Assembly: GCF_001194135.2 (NCBI RefSeq)
Contig: NC_068990.1
Coordinates: 45,408,417-45,472,416, forward strand
Origin: Octopus bimaculoides
Lineage: Eukaryota
Direction: 5' to 3'
DNA length: 64,000 nt
The notes under the pieces were generated by a model. The model saw nothing but the letters and a program-made list of their open reading frames with translations. It was not told the DNA's origin and did no database searches. The position numbers were made by a program, and so were the translations under genes. Position 1 is the first letter of the stretch; the number at the start of each line of letters is the position of its first letter. Positions 63,116 to 64,000 of this stretch are shown piece after piece.

Positions 63116-63439
63116 AAGATACCTGTAAAAGATTTACAAGGCCTGCCATTACTTCTAACCCTTACCCTGCCCTCACAAGTGAACTTCAGGTACCTCTGGG
63201 ATGAGTAATGCTCAAAATTAATATCTCGATTGTTCATCAATGACACTGCCACTGAAACTCAAGCAAACTTCCTCCTACACACAATCAGATCCACCATTCA
63301 GCTCTCTTTCTCATACATACAAATACCTGCATCATCAAATTTAACTCTTTTTGTATTTAAACAGGCCATATCCAGTCAAAATATCCTGCCTGTTTTATGT
63401 TCAAATTGGCCAAATCTGGCCCCCTTACACCAACCCTAC

Positions 63440-64000
63440 AATATCATCAGCATCATCATCATCATCATTTAGTGTCTGCTTTCCACGCTGGCATGGGTTA
63501 GACAGTTTGACTGGAACTGGTAAGCTGGAGAGCTGCATGAGGTTCCAGTCTGGTTTGGCATGGTTTCTACAGCTGGATGCCCTTCCTAATGCCAACCACT
63601 CCAGGAGTGTAATTGGTGCATTTAACATGTCACCGGCATGGGCGCTTTTATGTGCTACTGGCATGGATGCCAATCATGTAGCACCAACATCAGCCATGAC
63701 TGATTTCACTTAGCTTGATGAGTCTTCTCAAGCACAGCACATCACCAAAGGTCTCAGTCATTTGTCATTGCCTCTGTGAGGCCCAACGTTTGAAGATCAT
63801 GCTTCACCACCTTGCCCAGTGTCTTCCTGGGTCTACCTCTTCTACAGGTTCCCTCTACAGTTAGAGATTGGTACTTCTCTACACAGCTGTCTTCATCCAT
63901 ATGCATCACATGACTATATCAGCATCTCTCTTGCATACCACATCTGATGTCTCTTATGCCCAACTTTTCTCTCAAGATGCTCACACTTTGTTGTACATGC
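63440..64000 (-). mobile_element. RTE LINE 3' end (tail plus ORF C-terminus), continues off the window
   Basis: Reverse complement resembles 45600-46230. Confidence 0.85.

Overview
Eukaryotic, AT-rich, gapped draft-assembly DNA. The repeat families (tRNA-derived SINEs, RTE tails ending in (GAT)n, dense microsatellites) look cephalopod, probably Octopus; this is an inference, not a database result. No cellular protein-coding exon could be identified with confidence. Most listed ORFs are microsatellite, N-gap or antisense artefacts. The window is dominated by mobile elements. Retroelements: an RTE reverse transcriptase (RT) fragment, a ~3 kb decayed CRE-clade retrotransposon with an N-terminal PHD finger, a young Tx1/L1 3' end in a (CTAT)n tract, an older Tx1 RT, R4/Dong-like pieces, a Naiad-like Penelope RT, other Penelope relics and four or more SINE families. 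DNA transposons: a near-complete Buster/Charlie hAT, two related MITEs and a mariner. The most notable unexplained structure is a set of dispersed hammerhead-ribozyme folds, three of them well formed and mostly on the minus strand; two further partial folds sit inside inverted repeats. Also notable are a tandem pair of broken tRNA copies that together rebuild one cloverleaf, (AAT)n tracts acting as insertion sinks, and CpG-retaining islands plus RFX X-box motifs that hint at promoters of an unidentified host gene.
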